Origin: Raja brachyura
Taxonomy: Eukaryota
Direction: 5' to 3'
Length of the DNA: 64,000 nucleotides
Assembly: GCA_963514005.1 (NCBI GenBank)
Contig: OY740787.1
Location: 59,086,001-59,150,000 of the forward strand
Below, piece by piece: positions 40,000 to 53,598 of the stretch; the first letter of the stretch is position 1, and every line of letters begins with the position of its first letter. The notes under the pieces were generated by a model. That model saw only the letters and a list, made by a program, of their open reading frames with translations, was not told the DNA's origin and made no database searches. Position numbers and translations under genes: made by a program.

Positions 40000-40205
40000 G
40001 GGGCTTCTGGTGATCTGGGTAAGATCCAGGGAGGAATTGGAGATCTGGAATGGCTATGGATCTAGTAATCTCTGGGATATAAGGGTTGGGGAGATCTGGA
40101 ATGATGTCGTGGAGAATTGGTAGAACTTGGAGGGTGGGGGGATCTGGAGAGCATGTGGGTCCTATCCGCCAGGCAGGGAAGGGGGTGGGGGTGGGGGAGG
40201 GGGCT

Positions 40206-41076
40206 TCAGGCGTGAGAGTAGAAGCCGTAGAAAGCCATCTCCTTGGCACAGTTCTTCTCGCAGTCTCGGGGGGGCAGCGCCTCGCTCTTGAGAGGGGCCG
40301 AGCTCTCGGGGGGAGCGGGGGCGGGCGGCTGGGCGTCAGTCGACATCCGCCTCCTCTTCACCTGCTCGTAGATGCCGGCGTCCGCCCCCGAGTCCATTGT
40401 CTTGATGGTCGACTGCGTCTCGATCCAAGAGGCGGCGTCGGGCAAATCCTTGCCTTTCGTGTCCTCGGCTCCGGCCGACAGGGCCGAGCGGTCGGCGCCG
40501 CCGGCTCCAGGAGCCGGACCCAGGCCCTCGGCTGCGGCCGCCGCCGCCGCTGCAGCCGCCGCCGCCGCCGCCTCCTCCAGATACGAGTTGGTGGAAGCTC
40601 CTCGGCCCCAGGGCAAGACGGAGCTGGCTTTGCAGGAGTATTGCGGGCTGCGCGCCCCCCAGCCCGACGGGTCGGGGTAGTAGCCCAGCGGGCGGTTGCT
40701 GGCTTGGAGGGGCAGCGCCTTCACCCCCACCCCGTAAGACAGCAGCGCGTTGCCGGCGAAGTCGGCGTCGTAAGCCGAGAAGTCGAGGCGGTTGTTGGCC
40801 GGGGTGACGAACCAGCGCTGGGGCGACGGGGCCGCCGGTTCATCGCCCGCTTGCTGCTGTGGAGACAGCAGCCCGTTGGTGTGTGGCACGCTGCGCTCTC
40901 CTCCCCCCGGCCCCGGGCCCCCGTGGTGGTGGAAGCGGGCTTTGGCGTAGTTGTTGACGAACTGTTCTTGCAGGAAGGACTGGGTGACCGCATAGCGGGT
41001 GCCCGGCACGATCTGCGAGCGGGGAGAGTCGCTGGGAGACGGGGTGAGCCGGTCCATCTCGCAGCCCGTGTAGATC
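40206..41076 (-). CDS. TBR1: TBR1 exon 6 ([14 protein letters not shown]...[10 protein letters not shown]), GC/CpG-rich
   Basis: Acceptor GCAG; 871 nt to TGA. TBR1 C-terminal motifs [19 protein letters not shown] and CEKNCAK. The six exons sum to 2049 nt in one frame. Confidence 0.96.
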
Positions 41077-41249
41077 CTGCACAAACAACGAGAGAAGGGG
41101 AGAGGGGCAGAGGGTTGAGGGGGAGAGGGGAAAACAAGAGTGGAAAATAGAGAGGGGAAGTGACAGGAGGGGGAGAGGGAAAGAGAAGAGGGCGAGGAAA
41201 GAGGGGGAGCGAGGAGAGAAAGATAAAGAGGGGAGAGGCCTATTAAAAA

Positions 41250-42448
41250 CTATATTCCAATTAAAAGCGTAAAACCGAGCAAAACGAATGCATTCTTAGT
41301 GGAGAGCAGCAAGTCTTACTTATTTCAAAACTAAAAACCTTACTCAAATAAAACAGTGCAAAAGAACGCGCACCACCAGACTCAGGATCAGCTTCTTCCC
41401 CGCTTCTGAATGGCCCTTCCATAAACTAGGGTACTGTCCGATTCACCTCTGCACCATTGGGTCTCTGGAACTGGTGCGCTACAATGCTGAGAACTACATT
41501 CTGTACTCTGTATCTCCCCCTTTGCTCTACCTATTGTACTTTAGTTTGAACTGATTGTCTAAGAAACATAGACCCTTAATATTTTCTTAGTGGAGAGCAG
41601 CGAGTATTATTTCAAATTAAAACATATACAGTTTAAACGGTGGGGAACAGCGAATCTTTCTCATTTCAAAAGTAAACATTAAAAAATAAAGCGTAAAAAA
41701 GGACAGCGTAAGCTAGTACTCAGTGTAGCGACGAGCAGCGAGTCTTTTTATATACACATTTCAAAATAAACCGCTCTAAATAAAACATATGTGATGTTAA
41801 AGAGCTGTTCAAAACTGCTAATCCATTCTTGGTGAAGAGCAGCGAGCAGTATTTCAAAATAAAGTATAAAGTGGAAAGAACCATAAAACCCGTTCCTCGC
41901 CATTAATAATATTTTAATTTTAAGAATAAATTTTATTCAAAAAAGGACCTACACAATGTAAAATAACCGCGCAGAACTATTTATATTTTTTGTCAAGAGG
42001 AGCAAGTCTTTTATTTTTCAAAATAAAAACTTCATTCAAAACTGCAAAATAACAGTAATACTTAATATATTCTTACTGGAGAGAAGAGAGTCGTCTTAAA
42101 TTTCAGAGACAAACCTCACATTCAATGTAAAAGAAACGTGCAGAACTCTTCAGACTCATTCCTTCCACTAAGAACACATTTCATTTTCAAAATAAAGCAG
42201 GTAACATAACCGCGCGTAACTCTTAGTATGTTCTTCATGGCGAGGAGCGAGTCTTCTAATATGTCAAAAATAACCTTTATTTAAAATAAAATAAGCAATG
42301 CGAAATAAAAACCATGCAAAGCCAAAAATCACCCCCGTCAACTAAGACCGTGTTATGAGTTTACACTGTACATTTGTTTTATTACGAATAAAGTTTACTT
42401 TTGAAAAAGAGACTCACTCCTCTCCACAAATAATATTTCAAAAATAAG

Positions 42449-42482
<34 letters not shown>

Positions 42483-42510
42483 AAACACTCTTACATGATT
42501 CTTAGTGTGT
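41250..42510. repeat. Degenerate tandem array of roughly 80-90-bp units in TBR1 intron 5
   Basis: TTCTTAGTGGAGAGCAGCGAGT..TTTCAAAATAAA-like units at about 41293, 41584, 41648, 41733, 41826, 41996, 42070 and 42231. Confidence 0.8.
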
Positions 42511-42514
42511 CTGT

Positions 42515-42700
42515 ACATTCAACATTGCCATTGTTATAGCCAGTAGTGTTAACACCTCCCCTTGTCCCTTGCATATCGCACCATTGCCCCACTCGTGCCC
42601 CCCTGGGGTGATATCCCCTGCCTTGTTTGAGAGGTGGCCCCACCGGTCTCTGCCCCTCAATGTCCAGCAGTGGAAGGAGCGAGTCTCTCTGTTCACTGGC
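42515..42700 (-). mobile_element. Tx1-like LINE 3'UTR fragment in TBR1 intron 5
   Basis: Shares CCTTCCACTGCTGGACATTG..GGGCAGAG..TCAAACAA with 14140-14216. Confidence 0.5.
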
Positions 42701-43071
42701 GCTGCATCCCAAACTAACCTCACCATGTGGACTGCTTCTCCACGCGACAACCTGCTGTCCAAATCAACAAGCCCACGACACCAACCCTACGTCGGTCTGG
42801 TCACCTCGAAGGCTCCCCATGCACCACGTGAATATTTAGACTCTTAAAACATTCCTCTACTACTCTTAGTATATTGACATCCGCAAGGAAACAGCAAAAA
42901 TACAACAAATACTTTGGATTTAAACACAAATGTATCCAAAATACCGAGTTCTTAAAAACGCACATCACTAACTAAAAATCCTGTAACTCTGAACCCAGAC
43001 CGTGAATCTCCATGTGATAATTAAAAAGTAATAATTCAGCAAATGTTTAAAAAATAAAACTAACAAACTCA

Positions 43072-43167
<96 letters not shown>

Positions 43168-43755
43168 TCAAACCGCTCCAATTTCTCAGGAACTTAAGGT
43201 GCAGACAACTTAAATTTGTTTCCCGAAAGGTTTTTTTTTTAAATATAGATTTGTGGAATACAGTGCGAAAGTCCGGGTAACAAGATGAAGAAGGGGACTT
43301 TGTTCCCTGGTGGCGTTTAATTCCACAACTCAAAGGATGACATTTTTTGTAAATGATCAGAAACCCGGCAGGTATGACTTCCTGATTTTAACATAACATT
43401 CCATGTACAGTCTGAAACGTGCAAAACTCTTGTGTAATTCGATGTACACAAGGAACTGCAGATCCTAGTTTACAAAAAAACGCGCGCAGAGTGCTGGAGT
43501 AGCTCAGCGGGTCTTCGGAGAACATGGACAAGTGACATTCTAACCGAAAAGTTGTCTATCCATGTTCTCCAGAGATGCTGCCTGACCCGCTGAGTTACTC
43601 TAGCACCTTGCGTCTACGTTTAATTCAAAGTTAGGCATTTTAATTATTAAAAGAACTCTAGCTTTTTAAAACGGTGGGAGCAGACCAAGGTGCGTCTACA
43701 ATTCCTATTTTGTTCCTCCCTCCCACCCCACATAAAGACAATTGTTTGGTTTTTA

Positions 43756-43974
<219 letters not shown>

Positions 43975-44175
43975 TTACTTTGGCCAGAGAAACAAATGCG
44001 CTTTATTGCCTCACTCTGTATATCTATATCAATAGTTATACAGCGCTATTCCCGTCAGAACAGCACTCGCGTATAGTGGTTTCCAGACTCATTTATTAAG
44101 TGCTGAACTCCACTATAAAACAAGGTCTTAAATCTTTGATTTTCTTTTCACAGGGAGAGCATGGAAATGGCATCA

Positions 44176-44699
<524 letters not shown>

Positions 44700-45235
44700 T
44701 CAAAAATAAATAAAAGCAAGAAAGACATTAAAAATTTAAAATATAGATGTGTTCGAGCTTGTTTGTGTCAGAACGCATAGCTATCAACTCACTGCTTTGC
44801 CCTGACTTTGAAAATTGTATTGCTGTCATGTGCTTTGAAAAGTGAAAGATGCCAAAATAAAATCCCTTCATTGGTTAAAAACGCAAGTTTCTTAGTTTAA
44901 AAAAAAACATTGATAAAGAAATAAGCACATAAAGGAACGATAAATAGGCACACATTAACTACTCTGTAGTGAGCAGAAGCCCTCAATTGCTGGGACATGA
45001 GGGGTTCTGCTCAGACTAGAGAGTAAATAATTGATATATTAAAATAACACAATTTCGAGTCCTGGCTAAAATATCTTTTTTGAAACTCCGTTTCTAGTGT
45101 GTGCCGCTTCGAAATAGATACACGTTGGCGTGACTCTGCAATGGTAAACTCATTCTCCCAACTGAAATCGGTTAGTGTTCGGTGCAGCGTCAATTTAAAA
45201 GCAAACATTGGTGGTTTTCACGAAGGTCCACTCAC

Positions 45236-45915
45236 CTGCCTTGCTTGGTGATGATCATTTCCGTTTGATGCCTGTGGAATTTAAGCCATAGCGGCCTGTT
45301 ACACAAATACACCTGGGCTTTGCCGGGAACTAGCCCTGGCTGACCAGAAGAAAATTGGTAGAAAGGTCCTCCTTGGTAGGTGTGTCCATACTGCTGGGGA
45401 TAAGGGTAACCAGATCCCGGATAGCCTTGGGGAGAGGAATTGGAGAGAATGCTATTGTAGGCTCCATTTGTGATCACGGGATGGTGAGCCATGTATCTAC
45501 TCGGACTGCTGATGGAAAACGCAGGATGTGTGGGTCCATGCTGGCCGGTGTAAGGGAACATAGCACTCGGAGTAGCAGTCGGTTGCTGTGCTTGGCTCGA
45601 CTGTGACAGGATGTATCTCTCTGCCGCTGATCCATCGAAATTATGACGAATTTCAGAGACTCCGTCCAAAACAGGAGAGAGCTTGCTTCGGTGGACGTCC
45701 CCCGACGCGTCCTTGGAGTCGGGAAAATTATCTGCCTCTGATTGATTCGTCATTCCCCTGGTAATTTTTTTCAGAGGTGAACCTCTCTCCAGGCTATCAG
45801 TGGCCGAGATGATGGGATCGTGCAGAGTAAGCTCGCTGTTGGGATAAGTGCTGTTCACATTCAAAAATTTCTTCGAGAGCATTATAGATGATGATAAACA
45901 ATGCTCCAACTGCAT
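45236..45915 (-). CDS. TBR1: TBR1 coding exon 1 ([16 protein letters not shown]...MIITKQGR), N-terminus and start of the T-box
   Basis: Translation matches the vertebrate TBR1 N-terminus and T-box start ([28 protein letters not shown]). ATG at 45915; donor AG|GTGAG; 680 nt. Confidence 0.97.
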
Positions 45916-46200
45916 AGCTTCACAAACAAGCACTTCGTCCTACAAAAAACCCTCAGCAACAGCGAGGGGGGAAAAAAACACAACCCGCTTGAAAGCAATT
46001 CTTTAAACACTCTCACAAAGGGCTTGTACTCGATTTTTTTTCTCCCAAAAGCAATTGGCCAATTGACAGTTTGCAGTAGTAACGAAGGACTCGCTTTTGA
46101 TCTCTCCGGTTGCACAACTAATGAAACGACTCTTGCTATTGGTTAGCAGCTGACAGTAATTTAATTAGACAGACATTAATTAGGATAATCACCTGAGTCC
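45916..46200 (-). promoter_or_regulatory. TBR1 5'UTR and proximal promoter region
   Basis: Unique sequence directly upstream of the ATG, with CCAAT (46138-46142), CAGCTG, two TGACAG sites, TAATTA clusters and the palindrome CAATTGGCCAATTG. Confidence 0.6.
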
Positions 46201-49200
46201 TAATGGCAATGATGGCAAATTGCAAGATGATCTCATTGCACAGACAGTTTGCGTGTTGTTAACAAGCATCCATCCCTTCCCCATTTTTGGACGGAGGATG
46301 ATGTGGACAGAGGGGAGCAAATTTGCAAAGAATAAGGATCCACTTAAATTGTGTGTGAACTTTGATTTCTTGCCGAAATCATGATCATTAGCAGACAGAG
46401 GAGGAAAAAGTAATGTCACTGTAAATAAGCAATACTTCCACGCCACTTATTTGGAGCGGGGCTTTTTTTTTCGCAATTCAACATTATTCAGTCGCTATTT
46501 TATGATCTGCGAATTATGCTTTTTGTACTGTGAAAATAGTTTTCGGCATGACTTCATTTTTACATGTCGCTTTGGATGAGGGTTAGGACCTGCACGAAGC
46601 AATTTAGGTGCAGGCCACTTGATATGTTTTTTATTAAATCTATTTATTTATGAATAGTGGGGGAAAAACTCAGCGCAGCGTCAGCGAGTGTGCGGGTTTC
46701 TCAGACCTTTTCGGAAAAAAGTGAGCAAAGGATACGCAAGAAACCAATAAGATTAATAAAGTAATATAAATAAATAATAGTTTGCAATACACGAGAGACG
46801 TTCATCTTTTAACTACGGAGTGAATGCAAAGCTACAAAAGAGTACCTATACGTGAAGAATTCTGCAGAAGACCTCACGTTTTTTTCCTTTTCACTCACAG
46901 GGCAAGTGCAGGGAATAAAGTTGTACGCTGGCAGTGCTGGTTCAGATTGCGTCTTTAAATGTGTCGACGTGCCATTTGGGGCTCATGTGGGGAAAGAGCC
47001 ATTTTTCCCCGGCTGTTTACTCAAATTGTAATAATTTCGCTTTAGCGAGAATGTCATCAACAGAAAACCATTGCAGATCAACGTATTTCCATACCAGCCA
47101 TTGAAGATACTTGATTGTATACTCTGACACCCTAAACATTGTTATTTACTTCAATTGCGCTCGTTGCAAAGAAATGTTGACTTAATGGACTTTCATTTGC
47201 TACCCCAAATTACTAATTTAACGTACTTTAAATCCATTATTTGGAGTTGTTGTACATATTGTGTGTATATAATACTCCACGTCACAATTTCGCTTAAGAT
47301 GAAGTGAACGCAATCGGCTGAATAACTTTTAGTCTATTTTATTAAATATAATTGCTTCACATTTGCGCGCGTTTCCTATCATTCTGTGAATTGGAAAGCA
47401 TTATAATCAACGAAAAGCGCCTTCAAATGTTCATTTCAACCCCCGTGTTGCCCAGCACCAAAACCGGATAGGTTCCAATGATTCTTCTGTCTGAGAGCGC
47501 CCGTGTTAAGGTGCGCATTGGCAGATTTTATCACTAGAAACTTCTGATGTAAAATGTGATTTGAAATTGCACCGCAACCTCACTGCCGCCAGTATGAGTA
47601 TTAATCTGAACGTGCCGCGGAAAATGTAGTATTTCCAAGTACAGGACAATGCAAATCACAACTTTATGTGATTGGAAAAAAAAATAGGAAAAAAAAGTGA
47701 CTAAATGGTCAACATGACATGGAATTATATATGTAGGCACAGGGTTCTCTCGTCAAAAAACTTGGAGTCCTATGCTTCAAATAAGGAGCGAAATCACAAT
47801 TCTCTTGGTAATACATTAATATGGGGGTTGAACATAATGTTGCCTTTTGGAATTATCGTTTGGGGAACTTCACCCATTAAAACAAACAGTGGAGAATTGT
47901 GTAATCCGGTCACTCGCCAGCACGTCGGATTAATGTAATGAAATCTATTGTCAAATTAATTTGCACCTATTGAAATGATTACATAGTTCACGCACATACG
48001 TTGAAACTTACAATATTTTAATCAAGCCGCTTTAAACCAGGGTGCAGTAAGGGGACTTTGTGAATTAGTACAAGCAGCATTTGCTGTTATGTATCTACGT
48101 GATTCATGTTCATTACATTTTTACCAGCGCACATGATAGTTTCTGATATTAAAGTACTTTATTCATTGGTATAACTATGTATATAGTTATAACTATATAG
48201 CTATACCAATGCAATAAAAACGTTTGGTGTGTGTGTGCGCACAGAGCAAGTGCCTGGTACATTTAGATGTTCCAGATAATCTGTTCATGTGGGAGATTGA
48301 TTATACAATTCTACCGCATGAATAATCGTACTATCGTCCAACCATTTCAAGACGGTACTGTTGCCGAGTTCTCTATCAGTATCGGGAAGGGTGTTGGGGG
48401 TGGGGAGAAACATCTTTTCAGTAAGAGAGGTGAAGATAATATTTTTGTGGTCTTTGAAAGTCGAGAGGAATCGATCATCTCAAAATAGCTCGGGATATTT
48501 CAAGATCTTTGAAAAAAATGTTTAAACACGAGGGGATAAAAAAAAACAAATGTCTAATGACCAGTTTCAAAAGATTTGAGGATTTTCAGTGCTGAAAACG
48601 TCGAACACTTTCAATTGTGCACTACATAATACGCAAAACTTTATCCTCACCGCGATTGTAGTTTTACCACGGACGTTAAAACCTTCCATGATAAATGTAC
48701 TGACATCCAGCGCCCTGCAGTTCATAAATAAGTTTACATCCGTTCCATAGTTGCATTTCATGTAGAGACCGCTATGTTTGTTTTTTTATTTCAAGAAAAT
48801 TGTAATGTTGATAGGCGAACAATTAAATGTTTTCATCGTGCAAGAATGAAATGCATACCAATTGTGTCAGATCTGCAACTCAATGATACATTCAGATGTG
48901 TTTACACTATTTATTCCTGATAGCGTAAAACCACCAACCCCTTACAAATAAATGATAGAAACATTTTTTTATAACAATCTGTAATGACTATGGAGTACTG
49001 TCGTTTAAAACCGCCAGTCATTGCAAGTTATGGCTGGATTGTAGCAAGGTTAATCGTAACATAACATTCTCAAAAAAAAATCTTGTGCATGTCTTATTCA
49101 TGGATTAGTGGGTTAATGTACCTAACGTTCCCCGTGCCAAGCAGTTGGTTCAGAAATGTCATTCTTCACAGACTAGACTCTAGTTTGACCTTAGCATCTG

Positions 49201-49449
49201 CCATATTCACAGCTCCGACCCTAGAGGTGTTAGACATGTGCTACCTCTGCAGTGCAGAACAACTCTTAATAAACAAGGATCAGAGAACATCTAACTGCTT
49301 TTATCTAGTCGAGGTTTCGGCTTTAGAAATGATACCGCATTTCAGGATGAAGTCTTCAGAAATTGCAAAACCCTTTTTTTAATTTAAGGCAGCACAAATC
49401 TGTTTGTATGTGACAGTGGGAAGTCACGTAACAAAGAACAGTTCTAACT

Positions 49450-49460
49450 TTTATTTTATT
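49450..49460 (-). terminator. Candidate PSMD14 poly(A) signal (overlapping AATAAAATAAA)
   Basis: Two overlapping AATAAA hexamers about 290 nt past the stop codon. Confidence 0.55.
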
Positions 49461-49750
49461 GGTAGTTTTGAGATGCAAAAATGTACACGAGTGCAAATAC
49501 CAAAAAACAAATTTGGACACTCATTTTGACTATATTTTTTAAAATGGGAAAAACAGAGCTGAAATCCATTTGTCCTGACAAATGGTTAAAAAACAAAGAC
49601 AGGTACTGCACGATTGTTCTCAGCTTTAGATGTAATGGCTGTGGTTTTAGGTCATCTTCAGCAGTCTCAATGATAGTGGGATTTGAGTAGAAACGGCCTC
49701 ATAATAAAACACAACAAAATGACTCAATACGTTTATAATATTACAGTTCA

Positions 49751-49936
<186 letters not shown>

Positions 49937-50656
49937 TCATTACAATTGTTAAATACCCAATAATAAGACCCTATATATTTTCCAATACCATATCAGTCCA
50001 ATTTTATACAATATGAAAGTGTCTTGCAGCTTTAAAACAAAGCAATTTTAAAATGATTTAAACTATAGTTCTTGATTATAAAGGAAAATAATTTATGAAC
50101 CATATTTAAATCCCGAGTCTCTAAAATACATCTCAGACAATAATTCAGAGGAAGGATGCAGGTGGTAATCCTCAGCTAAAAAAACAGATTAATTACAGTT
50201 TAAAATTCATTGAAGGATGCCAACTGATTTTTTTTCCCCACAGACAAAATGAGTGAAAGCACAGAGGAACCATTTTCACTGATTTTTTGATCTTTCAATG
50301 ATGCTTAAAGTGGATAAAATTAAGTTACTTCACACAGTTAAAGAATTGTGGTATAATGTACAAAAAATGTTGTTCTAAATGTTTAAAGACATTTCTGAAA
50401 TGTTGTGTCTTTGTGTAATTTTCTTTTAATTGGAACTTCCGTAAATGATGATTTACTGGGTCCACATTCAGAGATTTTACTGCAAGTAAACGGGAAAACA
50501 TTATTTTTCACTTAAATTTATTTCACAGGCATGGCCAACAATTTAAGGCCCAGATCAAATAATCATTTTTAGCATGCACTATCGAGTTCAAACAAATTGC
50601 TGTAGATCTGTGGTTGTTGGTAATGATGCCACAAGGACGGCAGATTTCCTTAATTT

Positions 50657-53598
50657 CAAGAGTCAAGAGTCCAGATAGAACAATGAAATTCTTACTTGCT
50701 GCAGCACAACAGAATATGTAAACATAGTACATAAATGAGATTAAAAAAAGCTCAGTGTGTATATCTACACATACACACAGACTCAAAAAATAAACAAATA
50801 TAGTGCAATAATAATAATTGTTGTAGTTCAGAGCCTATTTGTTTACGTGTTTAGTAGCCTGATGGCTGAAGGGAAGAAGCTGTTCCTGAACCTGGATGTT
50901 CCAGTTTTCAGGCTCCTGTAACTTCTTCCCGATGGCAGTGATGAAATGAGTGTGTGGCCAGGATGGTGCGGGTCTCAGATGATGTTAGCTGCCTTTTTGA
51001 GGCAGCGCCTCCGATAAATTCCTTCGATGGTGAGGAGGTCAAAGCCGGTGATGGACTGGGCAGTGGTCACAACGTTATGCAGTCATTTCCGCTCCTGGAC
51101 GTTCAAGTTGCCGAACCAGGTCACAATGCAACCAGTCAATATGCTCTCCACTGCACACCTGTAGAAGTTCAGGAGAATCCTCTTTGACATAACAAATCTC
51201 CGTAATCTTCTCAGGAAGTAAAAGCGCTGATGTGCTTTCTTTATAATCGCACCAGTGTGCTGGGTCCAGGAAAGATCTTCGGAAATGTGCACGCCCAGGA
51301 ATTTGAAGCTTTTGACTCTCCACCATCGTCCCATTGACTCTCCACCATCGTCCCATTGTGGGTCCTCTTCCTTCCTCTTCCAAAGTCCACAATCAGTTCC
51401 TTGGTTTTACTGATATTGAGAGCCAGGTTGGTGTGCTGGCACCATTTGGTCAATCGATCGATCTCACTTCCATACTCTGAATCATCACCATCTGTAATTC
51501 GTCCAACAACAGTGGTGGCATCGGCGAACTTGATGATGGAGTTCACTATATGACTGGCTACGCAGTCATGCGTATAGAGTGAGTAGAGCAGGGGGCTGAG
51601 CACGCAGTCTTGAGGTGCACCCATACAGATTGTTAATGAGGACGAAGTATTCGAACAGACTATGATCTGTGGATGAGGAAGTCGAGGACCCAATTGCAGA
51701 GGAGATGCACAGAGAGCCAGTTCCGTGAACTTGGTAACCAGCTTTTTTTTTGTATCAAAAAATAATTTATTTAAATTCCAACACGATTCAAAAACCAAAA
51801 AAAACAAAACCGTGGTGACATACCCACCACCATGTTACGAAATCATCAAACATCTATTTTACAAATATTCTAATAACTGAATCGGGCAAAGCCCTCTTCC
51901 ACCTGGCACCGTGACTCGTGGATGGCCAGCTTGGCCAGGCCTAGGAGCAACCCAACCAGGACATCTTCAGGCCTGCCTACTCATAGATCCCGTCACCAGT
52001 CCTTTGGTCACTAACAGCAGAGCCACTCCTTGTAGACCCTACGTGGAGTGGCGGTGCTCCTTGACCTCCGGACCCTGGCTACAAGGGACGCTCTATTGGT
52101 CCCTTGGTAACCAGCTTGTAGGGGATGATGGTGTTGAACGCCAAGCTGTCGTCTACAAACAACAGCCTGATGTAAGTGTTTTTATTGTCCAAGTGGTCCA
52201 GTGCAGAGTGGAGAGCCAGTGAAATTGCATCCTCAATTGACCAGTCGTGACGGTAGGTGAACTGTAGTTGGTCGAGGTTCTTGTCGAGGTAGGAATGATA
52301 TGCTCCATAACCAACCTCTCAAAGCACTTCATCACCACGGACGTTAGTACCATTGGTCGGTAGTCGTTGAGGCATGTCACTTTACTCTTCTTCGGCACCG
52401 GTATTATTGATGCCCTTTTAAAGCAGGTGGGAACCTCAGACCTCAATAGTGAGAGGTTGAAAATGTCCACAAAAACTCCAGCGAGTTGGTCTGCACAGGT
52501 TTTGAGAACTCAACCGGGTATACTATCAGGTCCAGGTGCTTTCTGAGGGTTCAACCCCCTGAAGGATATTCTGACATCAGCCTCTGTGACTACGACTGTA
52601 ATACCATCAGGGTGTATGGGGGCTCGGGAAGGCACATCAGTGTTCTCCCTATCAAAGCGTGCGTAGAATGCATTGAGCTCATCAGGGAGTGATGCTTCGC
52701 TGACAATTGAGCTGCCTCCTGATTTCGCCTTATAGGAGGTGATTGCATTCAAGCCCTGCCACAGTTGCCAAAGATCCGTCTCACCCTCCAGCTTAGAGCA
52801 GAAGTCCCTTTTGACCGTTTTGATGGCCTTGTCAAGGTCGTATCTGGACTTCTTATAGACCTCTGCATCACTAAACCTGAATGCCCGGGATCTGGTCTTC
52901 AGAAGAATGTGGATCTTCTGGTTCATCCAAGGCTTCTGGTTAGGAAAAACTCAGAAGGTTTTTGTTGGAACAGTCCTCCACACATTTCCTTATGAAGTCT
53001 GTAACGACTGTGGCGAATTCATTCAGGTCCGTTGAAGAGTCCATGAACACTGCCCAGTCTACTGATTCCAAGCAGTCCTGGAGTTGTTCCTCTGCCTCCC
53101 CAGACCAGCTCTGTGCAGTCCTCACCTCTGGGGGTGCGTTCTTCAGTTGCTGCCTGTATGCTGGAAGAAGCAGCACCGCTGAATGGTTGGATTTCCCGAA
53201 GTGAGGGCGAGGGATAGAGCGGTAGGCATCCTTGATGGTCGTATAGCAGTGGTCAAGGGTGTTTGATCCTCTGGTGCTGCAGGGGACATGTTGGTGGTAG
53301 TTTGGGAGTGATTTTTTCAGGTTGGCTTTGTTGAAGTCCCCGGCTATGGTGGTAAATGTCTCGGGGAAAGCTGTCTGGTGCTTGTTGACCACCGCGTGCA
53401 GCTCCTCCAATGCCAGGTGGATGGACGTCTGCCTGGCCTGGGATGTAGACCGCGTCATGATAATGGGTGAATTCCCTGGGTAGGTTGAAGGGACAGCACT
53501 TCACCGCCAGGTGCAGAGAGCAGGAATTAGAAACAACTGCCACGTCTGAGCACCACGAAGAGTTGACCATGAGGCAGACGCCCCCTCATCTCCCTTTC
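50657..53598 (-). mobile_element. Rex1/Babar-like LINE, about 2.9 kb and frameshifted, in the last PSMD14 intron
   Basis: APE motifs (IAGDFN, TLDHCY, GKSNH), RT motifs (NDYRP, GAPQDCVLSPLLYSLYTHD, KFADAT) and a (CTCTTGA) tail. Confidence 0.9.
51745..52102 (-). mobile_element. Poly(A)-tailed Tx1/L1-like insertion inside the Rex1/Babar LINE
   Basis: 15-bp TSD CTTGGTAACCAGCTT at 51730-51744 and 52103-52117; AATAAA plus A-run; peptide DVLVGLLLGLAKLAIHES. Confidence 0.82.

Noticed and set aside
40086-41150. 354-aa plus-strand ORF and other overlapping ORFs
   Set aside because: Antisense shadows of GC-rich TBR1 exon 6 with no recognisable domain.
41250-42510. CRISPR-like repeat-spacer appearance
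   Set aside because: Eukaryotic intron, degenerate repeats, mutually homologous linkers and no cas genes; kept as a tandem array.
45916-45933. N-terminal extension of TBR1 (MLVCEA) in the ORF track
   Set aside because: It depends on a non-ATG start; the conserved start is MQLEHC at 45915.
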